A stretch of 63,974 bases of DNA, counting the filler, from an uncultured bacterium (lineage in GTDB: Bacteria > Hinthialibacterota > Hinthialibacteria > Hinthialibacterales > Hinthialibacteraceae): the NCBI GenBank assembly GCA_964449065.1. It is 5 parts of 5 records of this genome, joined end to end, with 100 filler letters (N's around TTAATTAATTAA, not from the genome) between each part and the next. Parts side by side here need not be neighbours in the genome. Positions count along the whole stretch, not along the records: positions 28,997 to 43,379 come from CAYVAZ010000118.1; positions 43,480 to 57,755 come from CAYVAZ010000119.1; 3 more parts are not named here. One strand, given 5' to 3'. The notes under the pieces are model-generated. The model had not been told where the DNA came from. It ran no database searches and saw nothing but the letters and a program-made list of their open reading frames with translations. The stretch's first letter is position 1. Every line of letters begins with the position of its first letter. The translations under genes were made by a program, and so were the position numbers. Positions 38,758 to 49,392 of this stretch are shown here, one piece after another.

Positions 38758-40632
38758 CTATTCTTTTAATGTTAACACTGGACTATACATCCTTCGATGG
38801 CTGCGCTTCCACCAATTGCCGGTTTCCGCTTTTTCTTCCGCTATGGTGAATTCATAATCATACACTACCGCGCGAGTATATTTTGGCGGCGTATCCGCAA
38901 ACGGATTCTCCTTCATCAGCGCAATCACATCTTCCTCTCCCTCCATCAGTTTGCCCATAAATTGCAGCAGCCAGCGGTTGCGCTCATAACTGCCTAACGC
39001 GGCAAACCACATTTGCCAATCCAGCCGCGGCATGTGAGGGCCGGTAAACTCCGGCGCTTCATCCAACCGCACCGGCTTATACTTAAAAATATACGGCTTC
39101 CATTCCTCCCCATCTAAACTGCCTTCTACTATAATCTCAGGACGTGTCGTTGTCATCACCGCAAACAATCCATAGGTGTTGATGGATCGAAACGCTTGAT
39201 TGATTTGAAATAAGGGCGCGATACGCTCCGGCGGCGGATACCGCAAAATCTGCTGGGAAAACACCAAAACACTCAGAAACAAATAAACCAGACAAACCGG
39301 AACCACAACCCACTTACGCAATGTCACGATCATTGAATGCGGCACAGGCTTCTGAATTTGCGGTAAAAACGCAAAGGGAAGAACAGTCCTCCATTGATTG
39401 TCATTTATCAAATTCAGACAAAGCACGATAGTAAGAAAATTGAAAAAGCCGTAATTTCCTGTGCATAAAATAAGTATCTGTAACCCCACAAGCCCCCAAA
39501 ACGCGGTGAGCCGTCCCCAACCCCGCAGCAAAATCAAAAACGGCAGCGCCAGTTCAATACCAAACATTATCAGCACACATGCCGCCTGACACCATTCCGG
39601 CAAATGATGCGCGTACCAACTCGTCCAGGTCGGGATCGGCTGCGTGAAATAATGAAAATTCAGCGCGGTCAGATTTTGCCACGTCACATCATCGCTGGCC
39701 AACTTGACAAACCCCGATCCATACATCAGCCGGAACAACAGCCAATACAGCATCCAGCGTACCAGCAAGGGCGGTTCACTCAATTTGGATAGTGACGGCA
39801 GAAACCGCACCGGCGCATAAAACACCGCCAGCAGCCCCGTTTCCAATAGAAGAATATCCCACTGAAAAGAAAGAAAGGTTTGATCCCCATTGATTATAGA
39901 AAGATACAAGACCCAGTTGATCAGCAAAAACAGGGCAGGGCACACCCCCACAAATACAAAAATAGACGAAACCATCCCGCCTATGCAAAAAGATTGAATC
40001 ACGGCATCCGAGCTGTTCAACAATAATAGGGTAGGGAACTGGTACCACGCACTCTCTCCCAGCTGATCATTCACCGCTTTCATTAAATCCGCGGCAGGCG
40101 TTATACCGTTACTTCCAATTAACCCTTTCCACTGTAAAGTCACCGAAAGAAAGGCGAAGAAATAAACCAAAGCCAACCCGCGCAGAAACAAAAACCGCGA
40201 TAGTTTGTATGAAACAAACCGTTCATCTTTCCCCATAAAGATATTCATCAACTGAGAAAAGAGTTGGCGGTTGCGCGCTACAAAGCCATAAAAATGTTCC
40301 GCGAGCCAGGCGAATAGCGGGACATGTAAAGACATCCACAAAAGCAGGCTGGATGACTTCGGATATGCCAGCGAGCGGAACACCGCTTCCGCCCCGTCAT
40401 ACACACTGCCGTCTGTCGTAATGAAGTGAACCGCTTTGCGAAACCGAACTTCCGGTATCTCGGTAAAACGTTCTTTCGCGGTTTGGTACGGTTCATAGTC
40501 CAGCAAATCCCTGGTTTGCCGCTGCCACCGGGTCACCCACCGCTTGCAAAACCCGCACTGACCGTCATAAATCAATAACGGTTTATCCGCTGGTGCTTTG
40601 GATACTGTAAGTTTTATGCGTTCGTTGTTCAT
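38758..40632 (-). CDS. DCC1-like thiol-disulfide oxidoreductase fused to lipase maturation factor family membrane protein
   Basis: N-terminal YDGQCGFC; LMF motifs FQWDILLLETG, HYFTQPIP, TGNYGFFN and PHMPRLDWQMWFA. Confidence 0.92.
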   Translation of the reverse strand: MNNERIKLTVSKAPADKPLLIYDGQCGFCKRWVTRWQRQTRDLLDYEPYQTAKERFTEIPEVRFRKAVHFITTDGSVYDGAEAVFRSLAYPKSSSLLLWMSLHVPLFAWLAEHFYGFVARNRQLFSQLMNIFMGKDERFVSYKLSRFLFLRGLALVYFFAFLSVTLQWKGLIGSNGITPAADLMKAVNDQLGESAWYQFPTLLLLNSSDAVIQSFCIGGMVSSIFVFVGVCPALFLLINWVLYLSIINGDQTFLSFQWDILLLETGLLAVFYAPVRFLPSLSKLSEPPLLVRWMLYWLLFRLMYGSGFVKLASDDVTWQNLTALNFHYFTQPIPTWTSWYAHHLPEWCQAACVLIMFGIELALPFLILLRGWGRLTAFWGLVGLQILILCTGNYGFFNFLTIVLCLNLINDNQWRTVLPFAFLPQIQKPVPHSMIVTLRKWVVVPVCLVYLFLSVLVFSQQILRYPPPERIAPLFQINQAFRSINTYGLFAVMTTTRPEIIVEGSLDGEEWKPYIFKYKPVRLDEAPEFTGPHMPRLDWQMWFAALGSYERNRWLLQFMGKLMEGEEDVIALMKENPFADTPPKYTRAVVYDYEFTIAEEKAETGNWWKRSHRRMYSPVLTLKE

Positions 40633-40769
40633 GAATAAGATTGTATTTCAAATAAGGATAAGATCGAACATGTTATCCTCCGATTATAACGGACAGAAGG
40701 TAAATTTCATTCATACTTCAAATGAAAAAGGCTAGACTAATAGAAAACTTGATTGAGGGTTGGTTGAAT

Positions 40770-41390
40770 ATGAATGTCTTCATCTACGGTGCGGGCGGCC
40801 ATGCCAAAGTCATTATCGATATCCTTGAACAAGCAGGCTTGCGCGCCTGCGTTGTGCTGGATGACGATCAAGAACTGGATGGCCGTACACTGTTGGGCTA
40901 TCCTGTGCGCCATACAGTTCACGTGTTTGATTCTTTGATTGATGAGGGAATCCGCAATGGCATTGTTGCCATCGGTGACAACCGCATCCGCCAAAGGCAG
41001 GCCGAATCGCTTGAAGCCAAAGGGTTCGGGTTAATCACCGCCATCCATCCTTCCGCCGTGGTATCCAAACACGCGCAAATCCAAGCCGGAACGGTCATCA
41101 CGGCAAACGCGGTCGTGAATCCCGGCTGCCAAATCGGCAAGAATGTCATCATCAACACCGGCAGCGTTATCGATCACGACTGCATTCTTCACGACGCGGT
41201 CCACATCACACCGGGCGTTACTCTAAGCGGAAACGTAACGGTTGGCGAACGCGCTATGATCGGCACCGGCAGCAGCGTAAAAAACAACGTGACCATCGGC
41301 AGCGACACCGTCATCGGCGCCGGGGCCGCCGTCATCAGTGATATCCCCAAACAAGTCAAAGCCTTTGGCGTCCCCGCCAAAGTCATCTAG
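40770..41390 (+). CDS. Sugar N/O-acetyltransferase (PglD/NeuD family)
   Basis: IYGAGGHAKV, AIGDNRIR, IHPSA, hexapeptide repeats and GVPAK. Confidence 0.93.
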   Translation: MNVFIYGAGGHAKVIIDILEQAGLRACVVLDDDQELDGRTLLGYPVRHTVHVFDSLIDEGIRNGIVAIGDNRIRQRQAESLEAKGFGLITAIHPSAVVSKHAQIQAGTVITANAVVNPGCQIGKNVIINTGSVIDHDCILHDAVHITPGVTLSGNVTVGERAMIGTGSSVKNNVTIGSDTVIGAGAAVISDIPKQVKAFGVPAKVI

Positions 41391-43379
41391 CGTGAGTTTA
41401 CGAGTTAGCAAAATATGATTTTGTAAGATGTTGGAATATAGGGGGTTAGGCATACCATAACCTCCTCCCTAACTGTCAAGAAATCTCTTCATTTCGAAGA
41501 GATCAAAGAGCCGTTTTTGGATTTCATCCTGCTTTGAAATAACCGATTGAGTTGGTTTCCCGTTTTGGGATTTCTTGAATACATTGATGATTTCCCGTAT
41601 CCCGAATAATTTTTCATGCAGCAGATTCATCGATATAGAAAGGTTTGCATGGCGGACTTTTCTCATCACCAACGAACGAAGAAGCAGCGCGAGGGAACAA
41701 TACAAGGCATGAGCGCGAATCATCGGATCGGTCCAGTGGAACATCGGCCACCACGTTCCTATGTTGCGGTCTTTCATTTGCTTGAATAGATCCTCAATAC
41801 CATATTGACTGCGATACGTTAAAATAATCTCCTCGGTTGACCAGTCATGATTATCGGTAATGAGGATATTCTTCCCGAGATAGGTATCATTCAGTTCGGC
41901 TTGCACCTTGCTGTTGACCCAATAACTCAACCGGGGAATTCCATCCGGGACGGTTACCGTGGTTTCCATCAGCCGCTTCATGTATTGTCCTTTGAGAATC
42001 GTGGAGACCTGATTCTTCACGGAGGCGGCAGTCGGCGCTTTTCCTTTTGTCACCCTGCCCGACCGCCGGTCTTCGAGTTTGAGGGAAAGTTCATGCAGCC
42101 GGTCAAGGCATTTATTGAGTTCATTGTGGAGGGACTGCACTTGCGCTGTGTAGAGATTATTATTGAAGGTAACCACAACGGTCATGTCCTTTCCATAGAT
42201 GGATTTCCGGCATCGAAACGCCTTGACCGGATCGAGCCGGGGGTCTTCGAGTGGAGCCAAGCGTGCATCCTGATTCGAGATCAAGGCCAGGTCTTTGTGG
42301 TCATCCACCTTTACGGACCCGACAAAATGATAGCCGGACCAGTCAGCAAATGCGTTCAGATTGCTCTTGGAGTTGTTGCCTTTGTCAAAAACGATCGTGA
42401 TCCCTTCCCGAGCCGGGCGGAAATCCGCAAACGCGCGAGCGAATTTTTCCATCACCAGTCCGAACTCCTTGGAATCATGGCGGTTGCCCTCAAACACATC
42501 GAAATAAAGGGGAATATGATCCTTTCGGGTACAGAACAGCGCATAATTGACTTGCCGAAGATTGGTGCGTCCCTGCTTGTTTTTTCCGCGCTTGGCCAAC
42601 GAGCACCGCGTATTGAACGAACCGATGAACGAGTAAAAATTGGTCCCGTCAAATGAAACACACGACAAGTCAATCTGTTCGCGCGTCAAAACGGAGCGAA
42701 TGAGTTTCAACCAAGCCTGTTCAATCCGTTCGGAATCGAGAGAGGACAGGTTATCCCAAAACCGTTGGGAACTGAGGGTTTCTTTGTTGATCTTCGGAAA
42801 CAAGCGTAAAAGAATCGTGTCCTGAAACCAATGCCACATCGAATGCTTGCTTACGGGTTGAATCGCGCGGTTCATTGCAGCCAGGGTGAGATAGGTTCCG
42901 ATACTCAATCCCTGCTGCCGCTTCGGGAGGATGTCATCCAGGATAGGAATCATCCGGCAGTGCTCAGCCATATGCCAGTAGGCTGCCGGAGCCCCGAGTT
43001 GAAAGATTTCGGCATGCAATGGTTTCTCTCTTTCTCCGGTCATGGCGGTCATAATTTTCTTCAAAGAACCCAAGTATTTCTGCCATTTTCGGTGTGGTTT
43101 TCCATCTTTCCATTCACTTTCTTCTGCATAGTAATAGGTGTTGCCCTTAATCTGTTTCTGAGTGATATAGGCCATGGTTAGAATCTCCCCTATGGTTCTG
43201 CAGCGATCTATAGTTAGGGAGTATGAAACGAGGAGTAGATTTTGTCAAGGCTATATTATACTACATGATATATAGTTTTTGTGGATGTAAAAGTTAGGGA
43301 GTAGGATGCGGCGCATATAAGCACTTGAGAATAAAGACTTTAAGAACATCAATTGGGGATAAGTCGTAAACTCACGCTA
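41388..43379 (-). mobile_element. IS1634-family insertion sequence (appears complete)
   Basis: 20-bp TIRs TAGCGTGAGTTTACGA(G/C)TTA at 41388-41407 and 43360-43379 (19/20 match), flanking a 568-aa transposase. Confidence 0.88.
41469..43175 (-). CDS. IS1634-family DDE transposase
   Basis: FDGTNFYS, RGKNKQGR, VFDKGN and YRSQYGIEDLFKQMK motifs. Confidence 0.9.
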   Translation of the reverse strand: MAYITQKQIKGNTYYYAEESEWKDGKPHRKWQKYLGSLKKIMTAMTGEREKPLHAEIFQLGAPAAYWHMAEHCRMIPILDDILPKRQQGLSIGTYLTLAAMNRAIQPVSKHSMWHWFQDTILLRLFPKINKETLSSQRFWDNLSSLDSERIEQAWLKLIRSVLTREQIDLSCVSFDGTNFYSFIGSFNTRCSLAKRGKNKQGRTNLRQVNYALFCTRKDHIPLYFDVFEGNRHDSKEFGLVMEKFARAFADFRPAREGITIVFDKGNNSKSNLNAFADWSGYHFVGSVKVDDHKDLALISNQDARLAPLEDPRLDPVKAFRCRKSIYGKDMTVVVTFNNNLYTAQVQSLHNELNKCLDRLHELSLKLEDRRSGRVTKGKAPTAASVKNQVSTILKGQYMKRLMETTVTVPDGIPRLSYWVNSKVQAELNDTYLGKNILITDNHDWSTEEIILTYRSQYGIEDLFKQMKDRNIGTWWPMFHWTDPMIRAHALYCSLALLLRSLVMRKVRHANLSISMNLLHEKLFGIREIINVFKKSQNGKPTQSVISKQDEIQKRLFDLFEMKRFLDS

Positions 43380-43479
43380 NNNNNNNNNNNNNNNNNNNNN
43401 NNNNNNNNNNNNNNNNNNNNNNNTTAATTAATTAANNNNNNNNNNNNNNNNNNNNNNNNNNNNNNNNNNNNNNNNNNNN
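43380..43479. other. Artificial contig linker
   Basis: N44-TTAATTAATTAA-N44. Confidence 0.99.
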
Positions 43480-43542
43480 CCCCTTAACAAGGGGGGAAAC
43501 AACGGATAGCCAGCCGTCATTTTTTGATTGACAGAGTACTAG
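43480..43542. repeat. Partial MITE, family C (contig starts inside it)
   Basis: Near-identical to ~62074-62136: CCCCTTAACAAGGGGGG...CCAGCCGTCATTTTTTGATTG...TACTAG. Confidence 0.8.
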
Positions 43543-43620
43543 GTGAGATCATTCATGGTTTAATGCTTATTCATGAAGTCATGCAAACTGATGAAATGAA
43601 AAATCATCTCGAATAGATTT

Positions 43621-43650
43621 AAAAAGCCCCTCCAAACGAAGGGGCTTTTT
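43621..43650. terminator. Intrinsic terminator downstream of nrdJ
   Basis: AAAAAGCCCCT...AGGGGCTTTTT. Confidence 0.85.
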
Positions 43651-43676
43651 AAAGAATCACTCATGACTACAACCAC

Positions 43677-46532
43677 TTACGAACACCCGCTCGTCGCCCC
43701 GCAGTTGCAGCATTTATAGCACGCACCGTTGCGCACCATAATCGTGCTGCAAACATGGCAGGCCGGCGCGTCATCCTGCGACACAAACGTCATCTGCACC
43801 GAATCATCCGCCACCGCACTGTTGCCATCGCTATGGCCGTTGCCGTTTCCATTTGTGTTGTGACCGTTTCCGTTCGATTCACCATTTGTTTTCTTCACGA
43901 TTTTCGGGGTGTTTTCTTTAAAATGGATCCCCAACTCTTTGCCCTGTTCCGCCGTCATAAAGCGGGAGGCCAGCCAGCGGAAAATGTAATCCAATATCGA
44001 TTTCGCGAATGGAATCTCTTTATTATCCGTCATTCCAGAGGGCTCAAACCGGGTGTGTGAAAACTTCTTCACCAACACTTCAATCGGCACACCATATTGC
44101 AATGCCAGTGATATCGCAGTCGCAAAGCCGTCAACCAAACCGGAAACCACGCTGCCTTCTTTCGCCATTGTCAAGAAGATTTCACCGGGTTGTCCGTCTT
44201 CATACAAACCAACGGTGATATAGCCTTCATGGCCGCCCACGTTAAATTTATGGGTGATCGCTTGGCGCTCATCCGATAGACGTTTGCGGTATGGTTTGGG
44301 CTCAATGTTGGCGTCTTCTAATATTTTTGCCGCTGCTACCTGCTTTTTCTCCGTCTTGCCTGTGTTTAACGGCTGAGAGCGCTTGCAGCCGTCGCGGTAG
44401 ATGGCCAATGCTTTTAATCCCAATTTCCAGGATGTCAGGTAGGCGTTTTCCACATCTTCAACCGTTGCGCTGTTCGGCATATTCACGGTTTTTGAAATCG
44501 CCCCGGAAATAAACGGCTGCACCGCCGCCATCATCTTGATGTGTCCCATATAATGAATAGAACGTTTTCCGTTCTGCGGGCGAAACGCGCAGTCAAACAC
44601 CGGCAGATCTTCATCCCGCAAATGCGGTGCGCCTTCAATCGTGTCGTTCTGATCGATATAGGTAATAATGTCTTTGCATTCTACCGGAGAATATCCTAAT
44701 TTCTGCAACGCTGTTGGTACGGTGTTGTTCACGATTTTAAGAACACCGCCGCCAACCAAGTTTTTGTACTTCACCAAAGCAATGTCCGGCTCAATACCGG
44801 TGGTGTCGCAATCCATCATAAATCCAATGGTTCCTGTCGGCGCAATGACTGTCACTTGCGCGTTGCGGTACCCGTATTGTTCGCCGGCTTCTACCGCGTT
44901 GTCCCAAGCACGGGTGGTTGCAATGCGCAGCGCTTCCGGAATCGCACCGCTATCGATTTTGTACGATTCATCCCGGTGCATCTTCATGACGTTGATCATA
45001 GGCTCGCGGTTGGCTGCAAACCCTTCAAAGGGTCCCATTTCTTTCGCAATCCGGGCGCTCTGTAAATTCGCGTGGCCGGACATCAAGGAAGAAATACACG
45101 CGGCATACGCTCTGCCTTCATCGCTGTTATACGGCAAGCCGTTGGCCATCAACAACGCGCCTAAGTTCGCGTAACCCAAACCAAGCGTGCGGTATATATG
45201 GCTCTTTTGATCAATCTTTTCGGTAGGATAACTCGCGTTATCCACCAACATTTCCTGCGCGGATATGGAGATCTCAACCGAATGCTCGAACCCTTCAACA
45301 TCAAACACTTGCGATTCCGCATCGTAATATTTCATCAGGTTTAATGAGGCAAGATTGCAGGCGGTGTCATCCAAGAACATATATTCCGAGCACGGATTGG
45401 ATGCATTAATACGGCCGGAATTCGGGCAGGTGTGCCAGCGGTTAATGGTGGAATCAAACTGCACTCCCGGATCGCCGCACTGATGAGCGCTTTCCGCCAT
45501 TTTGCGCAACAGTTGTTTCGCTTTATAGGTTTCATAAATATCTCCACCCATGACGTACCGGGTGTGCCAATCGGCATCATTCTCTACGGCATCCATAAAA
45601 TCGTCTGTCACCCGAACGCTGTGGTTCGCGTTTTGGAAGAAGATAGAACTATAGGCTTCACCGTTGAACGAACCGTCATAACCCGCATCAATCAATGTCC
45701 ACGCTTTGCGTTCTTCTTTCGATTTGCATTCGATAAATTCCACAATATCGGGATGGTCAACGTTTAAGATCACCATCTTCGCGGCACGGCGGGTTTTTCC
45801 GCCCGATTTAATCACGCCGGCAAACGCGTCATACCCTTTCATGAACGAAACCGGGCCGGATGCGGTTCCGCCGCCGCCCAATTGTTCTTTCGACGAACGG
45901 ATCGGCGATAAATTGCTGCCGGTGCCGGACCCGAACTTAAACAACATCCCTTCGGTTTTGGCCAATTCTAAAATCGAAGGCATCGTGTCTTCAACCGAAT
46001 TGATAAAACAGGCAGAACATTGCGGCTCTTTTTCAACGCCCACGTTAAACCACACCGGGCTGTTAAAAGCCAAATGCTGATGCAGCAGCAAATAGGTCAA
46101 CTCATCATGAAACGTATCGCGGTCTTCCGGTGAAGCGAAATACTGCTGCCGCTCTCCCCAAGATGTAATCGTATCCGCAACACGGGCAATCAACTGGCGT
46201 ACGCTGAACTCTCTTTGTGTCGTGCCCAATGTTCCCCGAAAATACTTCGAAACCACAACATTGGTTGCCAACTGTGACCATGTTTTTGGAATCTCAACTC
46301 CCTTTTGTTCAAATACAATTTCTCCATCGCTCCCGCTGATGACGGCATCACGGGTTTCCCATTCCACGGTCGAAAACACATTTTCACCGGGTTTGGTGTA
46401 TTTTCGCTGAAAACGCAGACCTTTTTGGGCGGTTCCCATACCGCTTTCTTCCTTTACGGTTTTCCCGAACGCCTTTTCTTCAACCCAGGCGCTTTTTACT
46501 CCTTCAATTCGGTTCGAATCTAAAATAGCCAT
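43677..46532 (-). CDS. nrdJ: Vitamin B12-dependent (class II) ribonucleotide reductase
   Basis: FNSPVWFN, PQCSACFI, TRRAAKM, SNPCSEY, APTGTI and GAISKTVN motifs; TSCPD-like domain; ends CCNCGATSGCS. Confidence 0.97.
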   Translation of the reverse strand: MAILDSNRIEGVKSAWVEEKAFGKTVKEESGMGTAQKGLRFQRKYTKPGENVFSTVEWETRDAVISGSDGEIVFEQKGVEIPKTWSQLATNVVVSKYFRGTLGTTQREFSVRQLIARVADTITSWGERQQYFASPEDRDTFHDELTYLLLHQHLAFNSPVWFNVGVEKEPQCSACFINSVEDTMPSILELAKTEGMLFKFGSGTGSNLSPIRSSKEQLGGGGTASGPVSFMKGYDAFAGVIKSGGKTRRAAKMVILNVDHPDIVEFIECKSKEERKAWTLIDAGYDGSFNGEAYSSIFFQNANHSVRVTDDFMDAVENDADWHTRYVMGGDIYETYKAKQLLRKMAESAHQCGDPGVQFDSTINRWHTCPNSGRINASNPCSEYMFLDDTACNLASLNLMKYYDAESQVFDVEGFEHSVEISISAQEMLVDNASYPTEKIDQKSHIYRTLGLGYANLGALLMANGLPYNSDEGRAYAACISSLMSGHANLQSARIAKEMGPFEGFAANREPMINVMKMHRDESYKIDSGAIPEALRIATTRAWDNAVEAGEQYGYRNAQVTVIAPTGTIGFMMDCDTTGIEPDIALVKYKNLVGGGVLKIVNNTVPTALQKLGYSPVECKDIITYIDQNDTIEGAPHLRDEDLPVFDCAFRPQNGKRSIHYMGHIKMMAAVQPFISGAISKTVNMPNSATVEDVENAYLTSWKLGLKALAIYRDGCKRSQPLNTGKTEKKQVAAAKILEDANIEPKPYRKRLSDERQAITHKFNVGGHEGYITVGLYEDGQPGEIFLTMAKEGSVVSGLVDGFATAISLALQYGVPIEVLVKKFSHTRFEPSGMTDNKEIPFAKSILDYIFRWLASRFMTAEQGKELGIHFKENTPKIVKKTNGESNGNGHNTNGNGNGHSDGNSAVADDSVQMTFVSQDDAPACHVCSTIMVRNGACYKCCNCGATSGCS

Positions 46533-46631
46533 ACTACTTACCCCTCGATTATGATTAGATTTTAGTTGCCCCTCACAGTTCATCATTATCGTAACCAATA
46601 AACCAATACTTAAGAAATTAGTTTAATTTTT

Positions 46632-46678
46632 ACGCTACCTGTAGTGGCGAAGAACACATTACACCCAATATATTGTGA
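46632..46678. promoter_or_regulatory. Tandem NrdR boxes at the nrdJ promoter
   Basis: ACCCAATATATTGTGA (46663-46678) and ACGCTACCTGTAGTGG (46632-46647), 31 bp apart, match acaCwAtATaTwGtg. The first box sits in the spacer of a minus-strand TTGACT-N17-TAATGT promoter. Confidence 0.8.
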
Positions 46679-46910
46679 AGTCAAGCTATTATTTTGCTTT
46701 CGTTAAATCGGTATAATACTGAACTTCTGTTTATCATTATAGTACAATATTCAATGATATCAAGAATATTTTTCGTTTTTGGTTAACCTGATTCCAAAAA
46801 ATGCTATCAAAAAAGTTTAAAAAAATATTTATCTTTATCGTTATTTCTTCCGGTTTTAACTTATAATCTCCTGAAAGGGAAACAAAATCTCTTGATCAAA
46901 TACCAAGGAA

Positions 46911-47687
46911 ATGAAAATGCCCCCCAATCGCGCGCAATTTCACTTTGAGCATGGTCTCAACTTTATTCAAAAGGGTGACTACGAAAAAGCGTCAACCTAT
47001 TTTAAAGAAGCGATCCTGGAAGAGCCGCAATTTCACGAAGCCTTATACAATCTTGCCTGCTGCCAAGCCATGGTCGGAGATAAAGACAATGCCCTTATCT
47101 ATCTCTCCCGGGCTATCAATTTAAACATGCATTGCATTGATTGGGCAAAAGAAGACAAAGAGTTTCATTCCATTAAAGACGACCCGCTTTTTCAAAAATT
47201 AGTGAATCCGCAAGATGATATCTCTCCTTCAGAGGAAACCGAATTCACTCCCAGCGAGTTCCCGCAAGCGGATGAAGTACCGGTCAACCAAGAAAATGCA
47301 ACAAGTAGAGAAGACAGGAAAGAAGTCCATGCGGATAAAGAAGACATGCCCAACCTCACCGATGAAAAAGACATCATCGAAGATTTACCCCCTTGCTCTA
47401 ATTGCGGTGGAATCCTGCATACCGATAAACGCACGCATTCATCTCCAAAGCAACTTTCCCTTATTTTGGCCGCTGGAATCGGTTTATGCTTTTTAATGTA
47501 CTTTACCATCTTTGGTATTCTTGGTTTCGCGGTCATCGCCTTTGGATTGTATTCACTCACCCAAATCGATACGGTATGGGTGTGCAACAGCTGTGGTCTG
47601 GCAGGAGAAGAATGTGGACAACCAAAAGAAACCATGAAAAGCAAACACGCCGATAATCTCAAAGAACTGGCCGCCGACAAAAAATAA
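46911..47687 (+). CDS. TPR protein with C-terminal CxxC-TM-TM-CxxC domain
   Basis: TPR helices (ALYNLACC...AKEDKEF), an acidic linker, and CSNC/CNSC flanking two TM helices. Confidence 0.8.
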   Translation: MKMPPNRAQFHFEHGLNFIQKGDYEKASTYFKEAILEEPQFHEALYNLACCQAMVGDKDNALIYLSRAINLNMHCIDWAKEDKEFHSIKDDPLFQKLVNPQDDISPSEETEFTPSEFPQADEVPVNQENATSREDRKEVHADKEDMPNLTDEKDIIEDLPPCSNCGGILHTDKRTHSSPKQLSLILAAGIGLCFLMYFTIFGILGFAVIAFGLYSLTQIDTVWVCNSCGLAGEECGQPKETMKSKHADNLKELAADKK

Positions 47688-47825
47688 TACTACAAAATAC
47701 TCCTCGCTCACTCATTGTTCCTATTTCGCTCTATCCTCCCAAGCTTTTTTGAGAATCCGAGTCTGGAAGCCGATGCTCCTCACACTATTGAAGCGAAGAT
47801 TCTTAAACGGAGATTCTTAATTGTA

Positions 47826-47856
47826 AAAGGCGAGTGTCAAAGAGACACTCGCCTTT
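47826..47856. terminator. Bidirectional terminator between convergent genes
   Basis: AAAGGCGAGTGTC-AAAGA-GACACTCGCCTTT. Confidence 0.8.
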
Positions 47857-47880
47857 CGAGGGAGAGGGAGGAAGATCGCG

Positions 47881-49014
47881 TTAATTCTTATTGAACTGCA
47901 AATCGCTAATCGCTTTTGCTGAGTTCCGGTTGATCAACCGCTGGGGAACCACAATATCACTGCTTTCGATCTGGCGGTCCGGATTCAGCAGTTTCCATAG
48001 GGTCCGGATCACTGTATCTACGTATTCCGCATGGCACAAGGATACCGTGGTTAACCGGGGGCTGGAAAACTGACTGGCGATTTGATCTCCATTGCCGGCT
48101 ACCGAAATTTCATCCGGAATACGGAACCCTAAGGATTGCAAGCAGCGCGCCATATCCAACACCGTGCAATCATCGTAACCAACGATTGCGGTTGGGGCAT
48201 CCGGCCGTTTAAAGCGGTTTTCAATCTGCTGCGAATGGACATGCCATTCCTGCATCAACGATGGCTTGAACACCAACCGGTCTGGATCCCACATATTTCG
48301 TTGCTTCATGTAATCTTTGTAGGCGCTCCAGCGGTCGGCAAGGGAACCGATCACACCGGCATTTGCCGTAGGACCGGCATAGGCGATCCGCTCGTGTCCC
48401 AAACTATGAAGATGTTCCAATACTTTTGTCATTCCTCCATAGTGGTCACTGCGGATGCAAACAGAAAGCGGCCCGGGGCTTTCATCGATTTTTTCACAAA
48501 CAATCGTAGGAATTCCATTGCGGTTAAACAGCGATGCCACACCAATGTGTGTCTTGGATGGAACAGGTGACCAAATTAGTGCATCAACTGGCTGTTCAAG
48601 AAGAAACCGCGCGTAATCCATTTCGGTATCAATGTTGTCCGGGCAAAACATGGATAGGATTTTAAAATTATGCTCAAAGGCTTCTTCATACAATTCCCGC
48701 GCGAGTTCCATGGCATACGAATTGGATGAGGGAAATAAGAATCCGATCACATGGGTTTTTTCGGTTTGGTTTTGTACCGGCAACCGGTGGCTGACTGTCG
48801 TGCCGCTGCCCTGGCGTGATACCAGCCAGCCCTGACGTTCCAGCTCGGCAATGGCCCTAGTGACTGTACTCAAACTCAAGCCGTATTCCTTCATCATTTG
48901 ACTGCGTGTCGGAATGATTTTTCCCGGCTTGAGTTCTTGGTCAACGATTTGATCTTTGATCTTCTTCATTAGTTTCGCGTACTTCGGCATGTGGGCTAAC
49001 TCTAAATCATTCAT
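47881..49014 (-). CDS. GntR-HTH/LacI-type sensor transcriptional regulator (AraR-like)
   Basis: PKY...LSLSTVTRAIAELERQGWLVSRQGSGT, followed by a LacI-type domain (HLHSLGHERIAY, IPDEISVAG, PRLTTV). Confidence 0.9.
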   Translation of the reverse strand: MNDLELAHMPKYAKLMKKIKDQIVDQELKPGKIIPTRSQMMKEYGLSLSTVTRAIAELERQGWLVSRQGSGTTVSHRLPVQNQTEKTHVIGFLFPSSNSYAMELARELYEEAFEHNFKILSMFCPDNIDTEMDYARFLLEQPVDALIWSPVPSKTHIGVASLFNRNGIPTIVCEKIDESPGPLSVCIRSDHYGGMTKVLEHLHSLGHERIAYAGPTANAGVIGSLADRWSAYKDYMKQRNMWDPDRLVFKPSLMQEWHVHSQQIENRFKRPDAPTAIVGYDDCTVLDMARCLQSLGFRIPDEISVAGNGDQIASQFSSPRLTTVSLCHAEYVDTVIRTLWKLLNPDRQIESSDIVVPQRLINRNSAKAISDLQFNKN

Positions 49015-49392
49015 ATCCAACCTCTTTTTTTTTACGATTTGTTGTAGATTCTTTATTATTAATCTACAATTGTTTAATTTATGTTTCAAAATGAAACCTA
49101 TTATTCTGATATTTGAATCAAAGCAAAAACAATACCATAATACTTAATCAATAGACTATTTTGAAAGATTTCTCTTACATTACATACGATTAATAATCGG
49201 GTTGCGTTTGGTTTAAATTTAAAATTACTAACACAATATATTTCGCAATCCACTGTAAGGTGACTAAAATGATCGATAAATTGCTTACAAATTGAATTGT
49301 GTAAGAGATCAGGAAGGTATCACAACGAAACAAAACTGTCCAAAATGGAGGAAAAAAATGGACTTTTTACAAAAAAAGAATTCTTCCGGGGG

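Noticed and set aside
46533..46910. Cobalamin riboswitch upstream of nrdJ
   Set aside because: No B12-box seen; the NrdR boxes explain the regulation.
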